From the NCBI GenBank assembly GCA_951406725.2, contig OX597823.1, positions 111,352,001 through 111,416,000 of the forward strand: 64,000 nucleotides of DNA, given 5' to 3'. This document shows, piece after piece, positions 29,741 to 43,762 of this stretch. A program made the position numbers and the translations under genes. The DNA comes from Octopus vulgaris. Its lineage: Eukaryota. Position 1 is the stretch's first letter; every line of letters begins with the position of its first letter. Below the pieces are notes generated by a model, which worked only from the letters and a program-made list of their open reading frames with translations, did not search any database and had not been told where the DNA came from.

Positions 29741-30411
29741 ATATGGTTATATATATATACAGGAAATGCAAAGTATATGTTTTTCAATAAATATAGGATT
29801 TTAACCTCGCAGTGAAAAGTAAATCTCTCTATTCATAGAATAAATGGGATTGAGCAAACTAATTTCTCAGTCTTTTTAGATCTTTGTCAGAGAAAGAATA
29901 TTCCCATTTTCTTCATTGACAGATTAGTAGAGCATATCTTTTCCTTTTCTATGCTGTCTACGACTCAGCTACATTGGAATCTTTAGTTTTTATAATTGAC
30001 AACATGGATTAATTAATTCATATTACACTTCTTAAGGTTTCTGCATTATTTTAAAAATATAGATTATCACTTTTTTTTTCTAATAAATACGTAATTTTAG
30101 CTTCACTTACATCATAAGTTTCATTTCTCCATGGACAAAATAAGTTACATTAATCTTGGTAGTTTTCTATTCTGCCTCAACATCTTTTATCACAGAACAT
30201 ATTACATCTTTTCTCCATGATCTACAAAGAAGATATAAATGAAAAGATGATGGAGAGAAATAAGTTTAACTTTAGTAACAAATTACCAGGCCAAACATAC
30301 AAGCTGATGGTGAATGTAGATAGATTATTGGAAAGAAAGGTTGACATGAATGTAGGAAAGAATCTCTTCTATAAAAATGTGAAAGAAGGAGGGAAAATAT
30401 CTGGAAATTAA

Positions 30412-30804
30412 TCTCTCTATATATAAAGCTGAAGTTGTCTGTGTGTGGCAGGTTTGGTAGCCTTCAACAAATACTATCTCCTCTGAGACCCTGCAGTGCA
30501 AGTTGACCAAAATTGAGAGTATGATAGAAGAAGGCTTGCTCTTCCGTCCGTAGCAGATAAAATTCAAATCGGACCAATTTAACACCAAAAATTATTTACA
30601 TCAAAAAGGTGCTTTTTTTCTATGAAAATCCCTATTTTAAAAAAATTTTTTGACTGCTGTGTCGCCATTTTTCGGTATATTTCAACCAGAAAAATGTTCA
30701 CTTAAAGAGAATAACAAGCTACATAATGCAAAATTTTTACTTTTCAAAAATTCTAATTCTAAAGGGTCGAAACAAACCCGAGCAGCGCCGGGCGATATTG
30801 CTAG
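30412..30804 (+). mobile_element. Non-autonomous Helitron
   Basis: Inserted between A and T, 5' TC(TCTCTATATATAAAG), GC hairpin cccg..cggg at 30777-30792, 3' CTAG, no TSD. Confidence 0.85.
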
Positions 30805-31401
30805 TAATGAATAAACGAAGAAGAGAAAAACTTGTGAATGAAAGATGGGAAAATATGAATGAAAAATTTCTTAAAAATGCATGTCGTACTTAAAGAAGAT
30901 TAACCTCTTTTGTGTTATTGCTAACATGTTTCTCTCTCACTTGCCTGCAATGAAATGCTTATGGGCATAATATCTCGTTTTGAATAGCGCCTTATTTTTT
31001 ACCCTAAATGTCAGCACCTCTTTGTAAAAATGCAAATTAGTGTATTCACATGATCAAGTGAATTGTAGTGAATGATTTCTTTTGTTATTGAGTTGATGTG
31101 CATGTGTATGTTATGTGCTTCATTTACAACAAATATATCACAAAATTAGTTGGATTTTAAATAGCATTTGGCCATTTAAATCAACATTGCATTGTGTAAT
31201 AAATAGTGAGGCAGTGAAGTATCAGAACTAATTTTTGCCAAAGAACAGATGTGAGGAAGAGGAATATCTTTCCGATTACATAGAGGGAGAAAGTACACTG
31301 GGAAATGATGAAAATCAATCATCAACAAACTTGTGGAAAAGTGTCAGAATCCACAGTAAATACAAGTAAAAACAAAGTGTAGTAATGAAATAAACCTTTT
31401 T

Positions 31402-31673
31402 ATCATCATCATCATCATTATCATCATAATCTTCATCATTTAATGTCCGTTTTCCATGCTAGCATGGGTTGGACGGTTTGACCAGGGCCTGGGAAACCAG
31501 GAGGCTGCACCAGGTTCCAGTTTGATCTGGCAGTGTTTCAACAGCTGGATGCCCTTCCTAATGCCAACCACTCCGTGAGTGTAGTGGGTGCTTTTTACGT
31601 TCCACTGGCACAGGTGCCAGGCGAGGCTGGCAATGGCCACAATCGGTTGGTGCTTTTTACGTACCACCGGCAC
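31402..31673 (-). mobile_element. SINE family C inserted in the piggyBac fossil
   Basis: (CAT)n tail, family C body, two ggtgctttttacgt repeat units. Confidence 0.85.
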
Positions 31674-31699
31674 TCTCTTAATAAATGACTTCATGACAA

Positions 31700-32680
31700 A
31701 TGTATATATTCAAGACAGGGATCTGAATAAAATTCAATACCATATAAAAGTTAAAAAAAAATTTTTAATGCAAAATTTAATTCTGATCTTTGTGTATGAA
31801 ATAAATTCACCCAAACCATCTTTTATGATCTGAAACAACATTCAAGAAATGAACCAAGAAATGAACGAATGCAACCAAAGTGAGAATATTGTTTATATTT
31901 AAATTGGACCATTGTTGTGAAAGAGTATGAACTGTTGCTGGACAAATTTTCAACAGATCCCACCCAGCTAAATCCTTTTTAGAAAAGCATACCTATATAT
32001 GTGGTACTACAAATGGAAAACAGGGATGGCATGCCAAGAGATGATTTTTATAAAGTTACTCTAAGAAGAAATGCAGCTCTTTCAGAAAGATAACATCACA
32101 GTGTATTATTTCAAAGACAAAAGGCATTTAATCATACTAAGCACAGTGCATGATTACTGTTTTGGTGAGAAGACCAGCCAAGGCCAGAAAGAAATGCATT
32201 AGAAAATCTAAACTCATTGTATAGATTATAATAAATAAATGGGAGGGATTGATTTATGCCAAGGCATTATTCATGGATATCCAAGCATGAGAAAAACCAT
32301 TAAGTAGCATAAAGTTTTTTCTTCACAGGATTGATATCACACTCTACAAGGCATCTGTCGTGTATAAAATATTTGGCAACAATACTCCACTCCTTGATTT
32401 TTGCATTGAAGGAATTTGCAAAATAACTATAAAAAAAAAAGCAAAAAGCATAGCATAATCAAAACTTCCTCTAGTGGTCTTCCATCTGCAGAAAACACCT
32501 TACATCTGACAAACAGGCATTTTTCTTCATCAAGCCAGCAACTAAAAAATAAAGAGGGGGCTCCAGCTAAAATATATAAAGTGTGTCTGAAAAATGTCAA
32601 ACAGATTGTATGTAAGTATGAAGACTGGTGGAATTATGTGTTGATTCATGTGTTAGAATATTTCACACCCAATTGAATTA
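31700..32680 (+). pseudogene. Degraded piggyBac (PGBD-like) transposase
   Basis: Fragments LEKHTYICGT, FKDKRHLIILSTVHD, CIDYNK*MGGIDL, YPSMRKTIK*HKVF and a decayed C-terminal cysteine-rich region; stops and frameshifts. Confidence 0.85.
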
Positions 32681-33552
32681 TCAAAATGTATTTAAGAACA
32701 ATTTCATTAAAATTTATATTGAATAATGTCATTTATTTAATTGAAATAAAAGAGTTTTATACATACAATTGTGAATTGTATATTTATAAACATTTTTTTT
32801 TCTGGAGAAAAGGATAGAAGTAGTAATGCAGAAAATACAATCTGGCAGCTATGGGATTAAGAGAGAAGTGACAGAAGAAAAAAATATCTAAATGTTTGAA
32901 GAAAATTAAGATATTCAAAGAAGGGAACAGGAAATAAAAACGATAAAAATGTAGTTGTAAAAAATATATATGAATGAATGAGAAATGCAAGATTGCTTGA
33001 AAAAAATAAATGAAATAAAGAAGATATTGTGCAAAAATATGAATGACAAAATATAGATAAATGAATGAGCAAAATAATAAAATAAGATTGAAGTAGAAGA
33101 AAAAGAGAAAAAAAAGAGAAAAATTTTTGAATGATGATGGAAAAAATGCAATGTGTTTTAAGCCAGTTTGCTTTTAAAACTCCAATCAATATCGAGATGA
33201 TCCATTGTCTTCAATAGATCATTTTATATTTTGGTAAACTATAGCAAATAAATTTATTGGACTTGGATTGCTTTCTTCATATCGTCATATACCAAAATTG
33301 ATCCTCAATATTCAATAGATTACCCAAATGGGAAAACTTAAACTGCTTATGTCAGTCGGAATTATTTTACTTCAGTTTGATCCACTGTATTCTCAAGATC
33401 AACTTAGTCATATGGAGACATTCCAGTTCAAACTGATTCATGACCGATCAGTGAATCAAATTATATAAGAGAATGTTAGCCCACATCGAACTGATAGATT
33501 GCTGCAGTAGCAGTGATGACAGTCACTTTTCTTGTTGAACCAAGGAAACAAT

Positions 33553-33811
33553 GTTTGTTCCTTCTCGAGCCATGCTGGCTCATAAGGGCCGGTTTCCCGG
33601 TTTCCTTGGCATATAGGTTCCCCACCTGGATGGGACGCCGGTCCATCACAGGTGAGCTGCTAGATGTAGGAGGAAAGAGTGAGAGAAAGTTGTGGCGAAA
33701 GAGTCAGCAGAAGTTTGCCATTGCCGTCTGCCGGTGTCGCGTAGAACTTAGGTGTTTCGCTCATAAACACACACATCGCCCAGTCTGAGATTCGAACCTG
33801 CAATCCCTCGA
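33553..33811 (-). mobile_element. SINE family D (middle M2 + V-like tail T1), 5'-truncated, 12-bp TSD
   Basis: TSD caaggaaacaat at 33541-33552 and 33812-33823; tail ctgtgatggaccggcgtcccatccag shared with 62427-62689. Confidence 0.85.
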
Positions 33812-34096
33812 CAAGGAAACAATAGTTCCATGTTTTTCAAAAATTGGTGATACTAATTGTTTTTCAATGATAGGGCAGGATTTGAACCCAGAATGTTCAC
33901 AACCAGAACAAATACTGCAAGGTATCCATTCAGGTGTTTGAACAATTCTGTTAATCCACCACACTGAACTGGTACTTTTGTTTTAGTGACCTTGAAAGGA
34001 TAAAAAAACCATGTTGACCCTAGCAGGACTTGAACTCACAGTGTAGTGAGTCAGAACAAATAGTATGAAGCATTCTTTGTAATACATGCCCATGAA

Positions 34097-34306
34097 GGGC
34101 ACTGGTGCTGGTACCACATAAAAGGCACTGGTGCCACGAAAAAGCATCCAGTTCACTCTGGAGTGGTTGCCATTAGGAAGGGCACCTATCTGTAGAAACC
34201 AAACTAAAATAGACTCTGCAACCTGATTTGGCCCCTGGCCTTGCCAGCTCCTGTCAAACTGTCCAACCCATGCCAGCATGGAAAATAGATGTTAAATGAT
34301 GAAAAT
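34097..34306 (+). mobile_element. SINE family C, diverged
   Basis: gtggttgccattaggaagggca...gtccaacccatgccagcatggaaaatagatgttaaatgatg. Confidence 0.75.
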
Positions 34307-34344
34307 GATTCTATCCAGATGTCTTTTGGTGAGTAAATACTGGT

Positions 34345-34870
34345 TGTGTTGTTGTTGTGTGACCCCCTTCAGTCATGAATGACCATGGGATTGCATCTAG
34401 AAAGTTACCCTCCAAGGCACAAGTTTGGGCAAGGTTGTATAAGGAAGACCAGCAGTTTCCCATGCATACCAGCCTCTCCTCTCAATTCCACCAGTGTTAT
34501 CCAAGAGAAATGCAAAGGCCGATACAGCTTGGCACCAGCGATGTCGCAGCTCGTTTATTAACGTGCAAGTGGCTGAGCACTCCACAGACACGTGTACCCT
34601 TAACGTAGTCTCGGGGAAGTTCAGCATGACACAGAGTGTGACAAGGCTGGCCCTTTGAAAATACAGGTACAACAGAAACAGGAAGAAAGAGTGAGAGAAA
34701 GTTGTGGTGAAAGAGTATAGCAGGGTTCATCACCACCTCTTGCCGGAGCCTCATGGAGCTTTAGGTGTTTTCGCTCAATAAACACTCACAATGCCTGGTC
34801 TGGGAATCGAAACCACAATCCTATGACTGTGAGTTCGCTGCCCTAACCCCTGGGCCATTGCGCCTCCACA
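34345..34870 (-). mobile_element. SINE family D, long form (middle M2 + extra segment + tail T2), 16-bp TSD
   Basis: tRNA-like head tggcccaggggttagggc...ggtttcgattccc; TSD gtgagtaaatactggt at 34329-34344 and 34871-34886; (CAA)n tail. Confidence 0.9.
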
Positions 34871-35815
34871 GTGAGTAAATACTGGTATCAGGTTGTAATT
34901 CACATCTAGCTGATCCACTGCTTTTTATTGATCAGTTTATTTTTGTCTTATTAAAATCAACACAAGTCATGGATCACCTGTGCCAGGTGTTGTAAGTAAA
35001 CATGGAATTAAGGTGACTGATAGGATTTTGATTTAATTGGATTTTATGGATCACATCAGTCATGGAGAGTCAGCCTGGATCAGACTGAAACATTCCATTC
35101 TCAAGTTTCATTCCATCAGTTGATGTAAACCTTCATCATTTATGCGGTGGCATAGCATCCAGCATTAGTGTCCATGACAGTGATTATAATTATTAGCATG
35201 TATGTACGTACCTGTGTGACAGGTGAGTAGAAGATAATTTTACATGAAGCATCACCACTGCTATGTTTGCCATTGTCATCATATAAACACCACCACCACC
35301 ACCACCTCCACCACTGCCACCACCACCACCACCACCGCCACCACCACTACCACCACCATTATTCTTGTCATCGTCCTCCTCCTCATCATCATCATTATCA
35401 CCATCGTCATCATTATCACCATCATTATTATAATTCTCATTGTACTAACCATCATCTTCATTACTGGTGTAATATCCCCCAGTACCAAAGCCAACAACAA
35501 GCCCTGTTAGAGATATTAAATACAGTTGTATCAATATCCCTGCTCAAATATTGCAGATATACATGCCATCATATCTTATATGTGCATGTCTAATCATATC
35601 ACGGTACTAATATGTATTTATGTATGCATGTCTGTATGTATTATATTACAAATGAATTTGTGTGTGTATATGTGTGTGTGGATGTGTACACTGAGGAAAA
35701 GGGGTGATTAAGAAGATTGCTTTGGAACTACAACCATGTAGTTAGGGGTACTGTCCTCACAACTTGAAGTAGCATGTGTATGTGTATATGTGCATCTCCA
35801 TGTATATGTATATAT

Positions 35816-36243
35816 AGGCGCAGGAGTGCCTGTGTGGTAAGTAGCTTGCTTACCAACCACATGGTTGCGGGTTCAGTCCCACTGCGTGGCATGTTGGGCA
35901 AGTGTCTTCTACTATAGCCTCGGGCCAACCAAAGCCTTGTGAATGGATTTGGTTGATGGAAACTGAAAGAAGCCCATCGTATATATGTATATGTATATAT
36001 ATATATGTGTGTGTGTGTGTATATGTTTGTGTGTCTGTGTTTGTCCCTCCAACATCGCTTGACAACTGATGCTGGTATGTTTACATCCCCGTAACTTAGC
36101 AGTTCGGCAAAATAGACCGATAGAATAAGTACTAGGCTTACAAAGAATAAGTCCTGGTGTCGATTTGTTCGACTAAAAGCAGTGCTGCAGCCTGGCCACA
36201 GTCAAATGACTGAAACACATAAATGAAGTAAATGAACTGAAAC
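35816..36243 (+). mobile_element. SINE A, full length
   Basis: Full family A sequence with a short internal (TA)/(TG) hinge. Confidence 0.92.
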
Positions 36244-36617
36244 ATGTGAACTTACGTATATGCATTTAAAATGTCTTCCTTACAACTATGTCATTTCAGG
36301 TTTGATCCTACTCACGAAAGCTTGAACAAGTATTTTCCAGTAAAGCCTCAGATCAACCAATGATGTGTAAGAGATAAAAAGGAAATCAAATGGTAAGCAA
36401 TAAATGGAAATAGTGAGTAGTAACCTCACCAGGGTAAAAACCATAAGTTCTGTGAAGATGGCCAAGTGGTCAAAGTAACACACAAACCAACCAAGATGTC
36501 AGCAGTTCATTTTATATTACATGCGATATGCTGTGCCTGTTACTAGTATACTTTAATTTGAAATGGCTAAGTTCATCTAATAATATGGAAATATGGAACT
36601 TGCTGAATGGTATTCAT

Positions 36618-36851
36618 AAGGCGGCGAACTGGCAGAAAAGTTAGCATGCCGGGAAAAATGCTTAGCCGTATTTCATCTGCCGCTACGTTCTGAGTTCAAA
36701 TTCCTTCGAGGTCGACCTTGCCTTTCATCCTTTCAGGGTCGATTTAAATAAGTACCAGTTATGCACTGGGGTCGATATAATCGACTTAATCCGTTTGTCT
36801 GTCCTTGTTTGTCCCCTCTGTGTTTAGCCCCTTGTGGGTAGTAAAGAAATA
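36618..36851 (+). mobile_element. SINE B, tail 1
   Basis: Full head, core and tail; short flanking repeat ggtattc. Confidence 0.9.
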
Positions 36852-37118
36852 GGTATTCCAATGAAAAGTTACCTTGAATATTTTGGGGCTATGGCTCACT
36901 TCTTAAAAAATCTGGTCCCTGCTTGATATAGATGTTCTTACTTTGTGCTGAGTTCAGTCCCTTAGTTGATCAGGGAGAATGCAATGGTAAACAATTCCAG
37001 TGTAATTTTCCCCAGAATCATGAAATAAAAGACGAGTTATTTAGTAGTGTGTCTCCCATCACCTACAATCAACGAAGTTATTGAATTCTCTGATGATAAA
37101 AATCAATGAACACAAATA

Positions 37119-37376
37119 TTGATTGGCAAAATCAATGAACTCATGAGAAAAAAAAAATCTTATTACGACCAGAGCAGTAAGGATGCAGCAGAGAGAAAGA
37201 TGGGGATATGGAAGAGTGGGGTTTTGGGATGCAACAATCAATTACTGATTGGCAGAATTATCTTGCAAGACTGTAAAGAAAGAAAGACAAAGCTAGTATT
37301 GGCGCAGCAAAGAGTAAAAGAAGCATGTGATATTGTTCCATATATTTGGTTATTTGGGATTGCTGAATATATCTAG
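37119..37376 (+). pseudogene. Reverse-transcriptase fragment of an R4/Dong-type non-LTR element
   Basis: GVLGCNNQLLIGRIILQDCKERKTKLVLAQQRVKEACDIVPYIW aligns by eye to G..GCKDQLLID.MIL.DCK.RKTNL.MAWIDYKKAYD.VPHSW. Confidence 0.8.
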
Positions 37377-37542
37377 GAATGTAATTGCAAAAATATATTT
37401 GAAGTAATTAAAACCTTAGTAATACTAATAACAGCAGAGATAAAATATCAAGAATTGGAAGCTGAAAGTAATTAAGAACTTGAATGCTTACCCCAGCATC
37501 AAGGGAACACATCAAGCCTGATGTCCACTGAAATATCTATAA

Positions 37543-37582
<40 letters not shown>

Positions 37583-37762
37583 TGTAAGACCACCTTCCTA
37601 TTTAAAAATGTTCTGGGAATATCAAATTGCCTTGATCTTGTTATCTTATCTTATTTAACATATATATATTTATGCATATATTTAACATATATTTAACATA
37701 TATTATGCTTATATTTAAGATATATATATATTTAACATATATATATTTAATTTATATATTTA

Positions 37763-37924
37763 TTATCATCATCATTATCGTTTAACGTCCGCTTTCCATG
37801 CTAGCATGAGTTGGATGATTTTAACTGAGGGCTGGCGAACCAGATGGCCGCACCAGGCCCAGTCTGGTCTGGCAGAGTTTCTACAGCTGGATGCCCTTCC
37901 TAACGCCAACCACTCCGAGAGTAG
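37763..37924 (-). mobile_element. SINE family C
   Basis: catcatcattatcgtttaacgtccgctttccatgctagcatg...gatgcccttcctaacgccaaccactccg. Confidence 0.85.
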
Positions 37925-38193
37925 TAAAGAGGTACCACATGATCAGGTCAAATTATTGTAGAATTAGCAGTGAAAATTAATTGTCCACTATAATGTAAAT
38001 TGGAGTTAGAGGCCTGGTACAAAGAAGAGCCAAACTGCAAGTCAGTAATTAGTGATTAAGATTTCTATCGCAAATTCAACACAAGGAACAAGCTGATGGT
38101 CATATGAAAATGTTGGAAATAACAGCCAAATCTCTCTCTCATCCTGGTGTTTTAAAATGGTAAGGATGCATTCGTGTTCAAGATACATTATAT

Positions 38194-38425
38194 ATTTCTT
38201 TACTACCCACAAGGGGCTAAACATAGAGGGGACAAACAAGGACAGACAAACGGATTAAGTCGATTACATCGACCCCAGTGCGTAACTGGTACTTAATATA
38301 TCGACCCCGAAAGGATGAAAGGCAAAGTCGACCTCGGTGGAATTTGAACTCAGAACGTAACAGGAGATGAAATACAGCTACGCATTTCGCCCGGCATGCT
38401 AACGTTTCTGCCAGCTCGTCGCCTT
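38194..38425 (-). mobile_element. SINE B, tail 1, with 20-bp TSD
   Basis: TSD gtgttcaagatacattatat at 38174-38193 and 38426-38445. Confidence 0.95.
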
Positions 38426-38489
38426 GTGTTCAAGATACATTATATTTTAAACAATGATGGGTAATAGTCGAGATGTTGGTCATCAGGAT

Positions 38490-38921
38490 TGCACAAAACT
38501 AACTATTTGGGGGGGGGGAGGGGGGAGTCAATTACATCGGCTCCAGTGTTCAACTGGTGCTTATTCTTTTTTACCCCAAAAGGACGAAAGGCAAAGTTGA
38601 TCTCGGAGGAATTTGAACTCAATACATAAAGACAAATGAAATGCCACTAAATATTTTGCTCCAGCATGTTAACAATTCTGCCAGCTCACTGCTTGAGTCA
38701 CTTTCTTATTAATTTCAAATTTTGGTACAAGGCTATCAATTTCAGGTGAGAGGGAAGTCAATTTCATCAACCCCAGTGCTTAAATGATGTTTATTTCTTT
38801 AACCTCAAATGGATGAAAGGCAAAGTTAATCTCAACAGAATTTGAACTCACAACATAAAGATGGATGAAATGCTACTAAGCAGTTTGTCCAGTGTGCTAC
38901 CATTTCTGCCAGCTCGCTGCC
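38490..38921 (-). mobile_element. Two tandem older SINE B tail-2 copies
   Basis: B cores at about 38525-38692 and 38755-38921. Confidence 0.75.
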
Positions 38922-39948
38922 TCCAGATTCACTTTCATATTAAATACCATTGTGTTTTGATATATTCCATGAGGCAGTGGCAACTCCAGTCTGACAAGAA
39001 TTATCTTCCTTGGTTAATAACAATAAATGTAATTTTCTGTTTTAATGCCATCACTTTTCAATACAAATAAATTAAATTATAAAATATTTGAATATACGAA
39101 GTTTTGTCAGTGAACAGGTTGTGGTCTCAAAGCGACGAAAATATTTTGACAAATTAAATTTAAATGCTGAAGTGAATCTAACGGTTTTGTGTGTTTCTTA
39201 AATGGCTTATAAATACATTCCACACTGCAATTGTTTTCGTTCCAGCACAGGATCTCAGATCAAGCACTCGCTATGCAAATACATCTCTGTAATATTTAAA
39301 TAATATTAACATATTTCCCAGTAAGACAACTCTGATGAGCGTGCAAATTATTTCAAGGGGTAACTTGGAAACTGAAGCAAATTACATTTATAAATACAAA
39401 AATGAAGATGTATGGATCCACTGGAAAATCCTTGTGGTTTACCAAACTGAAACGTTACCATAAATAGCACAAGAATAAACATAACATACTATTGTTGCCA
39501 TTTAGCACTGGGTGAACTCCATCTAAGTAGAACTATGATAAAAATTAGTCCGAATGTTACCATTCAAGAATTATGTATACTGAGGATTAGTATTAGCTTT
39601 GATCGCAACTATTATATAGAAAAAGAGAGCATGATGTGAGATAGTTACTGAAATCATAATTCTAGTGAATCAGTTGTTTATAGAGAAGGAATTGGTCAAA
39701 TAAGGAAGATACGTACAATACTTGATAAGTCATGTCTTTTAGACAATGGTATGGCCTTATAAGAAATTAAGAAATGATTTTGCAGCATGTGGAGAGAAAT
39801 TTGTAGTAAAAGGGTGCAAAAAAGGTTGTGTGGCTCAGGAGTTCAATTTGTAATCATATGGGTTACCTTTTGATCTCAAAGGGCAATGCTATGGGCAGGT
39901 GTCTTTTATCAGGTTGCAGGTTGACACACAGACACAGACACACACACA

Positions 39949-40023
<75 letters not shown>

Positions 40024-40038
40024 GCACACATACATACA

Positions 40039-40238
40039 CAAGGGGGTGTGGAAAAGTTCCTGGTTTTAAGGTATTGGGAAAGGCCTGGTTGGAGGCCCAA
40101 CCAGGGTTCAGAAAAACTGAAGGACTGCTGCAATAAGTGTGTGAACCTGAAAGGGGATTATATTGAATAAATCTCATAATTACTTTATCCTCCTGTATTT
40201 TCTTTTCCCCCAAAAGTGGAACTTTTTTGCATCCCATG
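40039..40238 (+). mobile_element. Mariner-derived MITE
   Basis: Same family as 6070-6277. Confidence 0.8.
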
Positions 40239-40477
40239 TGTGTGTGTGTGTATGTATGTGAGTGTTTGTATGTGCATGTGTGTGGGTGAGTACATATATA
40301 TGTATTTATATGGGGTGAGAGAGAGAGAGAGAGAGAGAGAGAACACAATAATAAAACAATAACACAATGACTTCATGAGAAATGTTTTGACCATATCCAA
40401 GATTTATGTTTATAATCTGGTATTGCTAATTAAAATACAAATAGATATAATACATCACCAGGGACACTCAGGTATGC

Positions 40478-40510
<33 letters not shown>

Positions 40511-40737
40511 CAAATGTATGCGTGTGTATCTTTACTTGTGTTCACATGTGGTTTTGTATGTACATTACTGCCATCCTATACATATCCATTATATTTCTCA
40601 GTATGTGTGGGTGTGTATACTCATAGAAGTTTGAACAATGGAAAATCACAAGAAAGCAAATATTTTTATATAGTGATAACATACATTAAGTGTTTGTAAA
40701 TATATGCGTGTGTATATATATATATATATATACATAC

Positions 40738-40794
<57 letters not shown>

Positions 40795-41425
40795 TATATA
40801 TATATATATATGTATATATGTATATATATGTATATATATATTTATGTTTATGTATATATAAATGTATATATGCACATGTGTGTGTATATATACATATGTG
40901 TAAATAGATATATGTGTTTATATATATAAAGTATCATAAGACATAATGCAATACAAAATGCTCCAAAACCAGTTACGTTGACATCAGTAAAACAGAAGCA
41001 CTACAAAAAAAAAACACCAAAAAAAAATCACCCAAAAAATAAAGTAAAAACAAACCAACAGATGATGCCTACAGATCATATAAAGTGAAATTTACCAACA
41101 ATAACAACTACAAAAATAACGACAACGAAAAACCACAATAGTAACATAATAGTTAAAAAGTACATATAAAAAAACAAAGCAATAATAATAGTGTTGTGCG
41201 TTTCCTGCTAATATGAGAAAATGAAATGGTGTATCAGTTTACTGGAGTTCCTCATTTAAACATATAACTACAAGGTTAAGCATTTCACTCTGGTTTTCTA
41301 TTAATGTACCAGTATCTGGCTACAAGTACAGACCAACTGTTGGATAGATCGATAGGCTGAGTGACAGATAAAGAGATCAATAGAAAGACAGATAGACAGA
41401 TAGATTGATAGATAGATAGATAGAT

Positions 41426-41551
<126 letters not shown>

Positions 41552-42537
41552 GTAGGTAGGTAGGTATGTATGTATGTAGGTAAGTAGGTAGGTAGATATA
41601 TATATATTTATATATATATATATATATAGATAGAGAGATAGAGAGATATATAGATGGAAAGATAGATAGATAGATAGATAGGTAAGTAGGTAGGTAGGTA
41701 GGTAGGTAGGTAGGTAGGTAGGTAGGAAGGTAGGTAGGTAGGTAGGTAGATAGGTAGGTTGATAGATAGAAAAATAGATAGATAGGCATGGCGAGACAAC
41801 ATAGACAAATAGATAGTGAGAGAGAGAGAAGTGGAAGGGATAGATTAAATAAACAGATAGGTAGACAGATAGATAAATAGCTAGATAGATAGATAAATAG
41901 ACAGACAGATTGATATATAGATAGACAGTGAAAGAGTGAGAGAGGAAGAGAGACAAACAAACAGTGGGAGTAACAGTGAATGGTTATTAGATAAATAGAA
42001 AGACAGAGAGCCAAAGAGAGGGTGATTGATTGATATGTGGACAGACAGATAGGTAAAGCGATACATATTTGGAGAGATAGTGAGATCAGGAGAAAGACAG
42101 ATAGGAAGATAGTTATGCATGTAGACAATGTGATGTATATTAGATATTTAACTAGACAGATGGATACGTAGATAGATATTATATAAATGAAAGGAATTAT
42201 TATGATGTTTAGCTGTCACAAAATATCTATGTGCAAGATCAAGACAGCTAGAGAGGAAAAAAAAATAGAATTATAAAAAAATATCCCCACTGTACAAAAA
42301 AAAAGAAGACAAACAAAACAAGAACATAGGGGAAAAAAATAAAAAAGGAAATATACATGCTAGCTTGTGTAAGTGTATGTATGTATATATATCTATCCAC
42401 TTAGATGAACATACATGCATGCAAACACACACACACATACACATATATAAATGTACATCATATAGGTATTATATGAATTATATATGTATATTATATATAT
42501 ATTATATATGGATATATATATATATGTATGTATATAT

Positions 42538-42583
<46 letters not shown>

Positions 42584-43344
42584 TATATAAATATATGCAT
42601 ATATATGTATATTGTTTTGATATATAGGTGCATGTGTGTATATATGTATATGTATATTTGCCGAAAAACTCTCAGTAGAAGAATGCATATGTTTAGTGTT
42701 AAATAAATCAAAGAAACAGGCCATTAAAAACCAATACAAAGGATAACATGATCCTGATATACAGTCATTTGACCATGCCCACATCTGTGCTACCCAGCAA
42801 ATTTAAAACCCCTATCTCCAAAGAGTTCTTGGCATTATGGAACCATCTGCTAAACGTCACCAATAGAAGAATTCAGATATAGTTGTCTCGGTGTTTCAAA
42901 TCAAGAACACTGGAGGACCATATGATCACGTGATTTTCATGGATTTTGTTGGAAATGATTAGCCTTCTTCAAAAAGGATAAATTGTAGCCAGTGTTGTTG
43001 TTCACCACATTTCTCATAGTGGATGTTTTGAACTGCTTGTAGACCAACAACCCTTCATCAGCCTGTGTCAGTTGTCATTGATGACATCCATTAATGCTGA
43101 ATGGGCATGGTTTTTATTTTTCTGTATATGTTCCACTACAGCTGTTTCGCAGATACACAATGCACCCTGCATTTAGACACATTCTACACATACACTCCAA
43201 ACACGCACACACCACAGAGGTATATGTACATATGAAAGTACATTCATATATATCTACTAGATATATCTTTTTATATATCTGTCTATATGTATTTTCATCT
43301 TTCTCTCTCTCCATATATATATATATTTGTGTGTTATCTCTATG

Positions 43345-43408
<64 letters not shown>

Positions 43409-43429
43409 GCAAGTTCAAGTATACAAGCC

Positions 43430-43489
<60 letters not shown>

Positions 43490-43497
43490 GTGGTGTG

Positions 43498-43538
<41 letters not shown>

Positions 43539-43711
43539 GAAGTGTGCTTGATAGTCCACAACCCGTGGCCTCTACTATATATATATATAAAACGTAAAAG
43601 ATTTTTTCTATTTCTGAGCATCATACTAATACATCTGTTTTTTTTTGTACACCACCTGTCTTCATCTCTTGTTTTTTTCGTAAACTCTCCCTATATATAT
43701 ATATATATATG

Positions 43712-43762
<51 letters not shown>

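Noticed and set aside
30217-30411. 64-aa Lys/Asn-rich ORF next to the Helitron
   Set aside because: Removing the Helitron does not restore a longer frame; no recognisable motif.
36285-36370. Apparent acceptor and exon (tttcag|GTTTGATCC..)
   Set aside because: It aligns to a degenerate SINE A head.
39332-39380. CTGATGA...GAAA hammerhead-like motif
   Set aside because: No stem I or stem III pairing and no correctly placed UH site.
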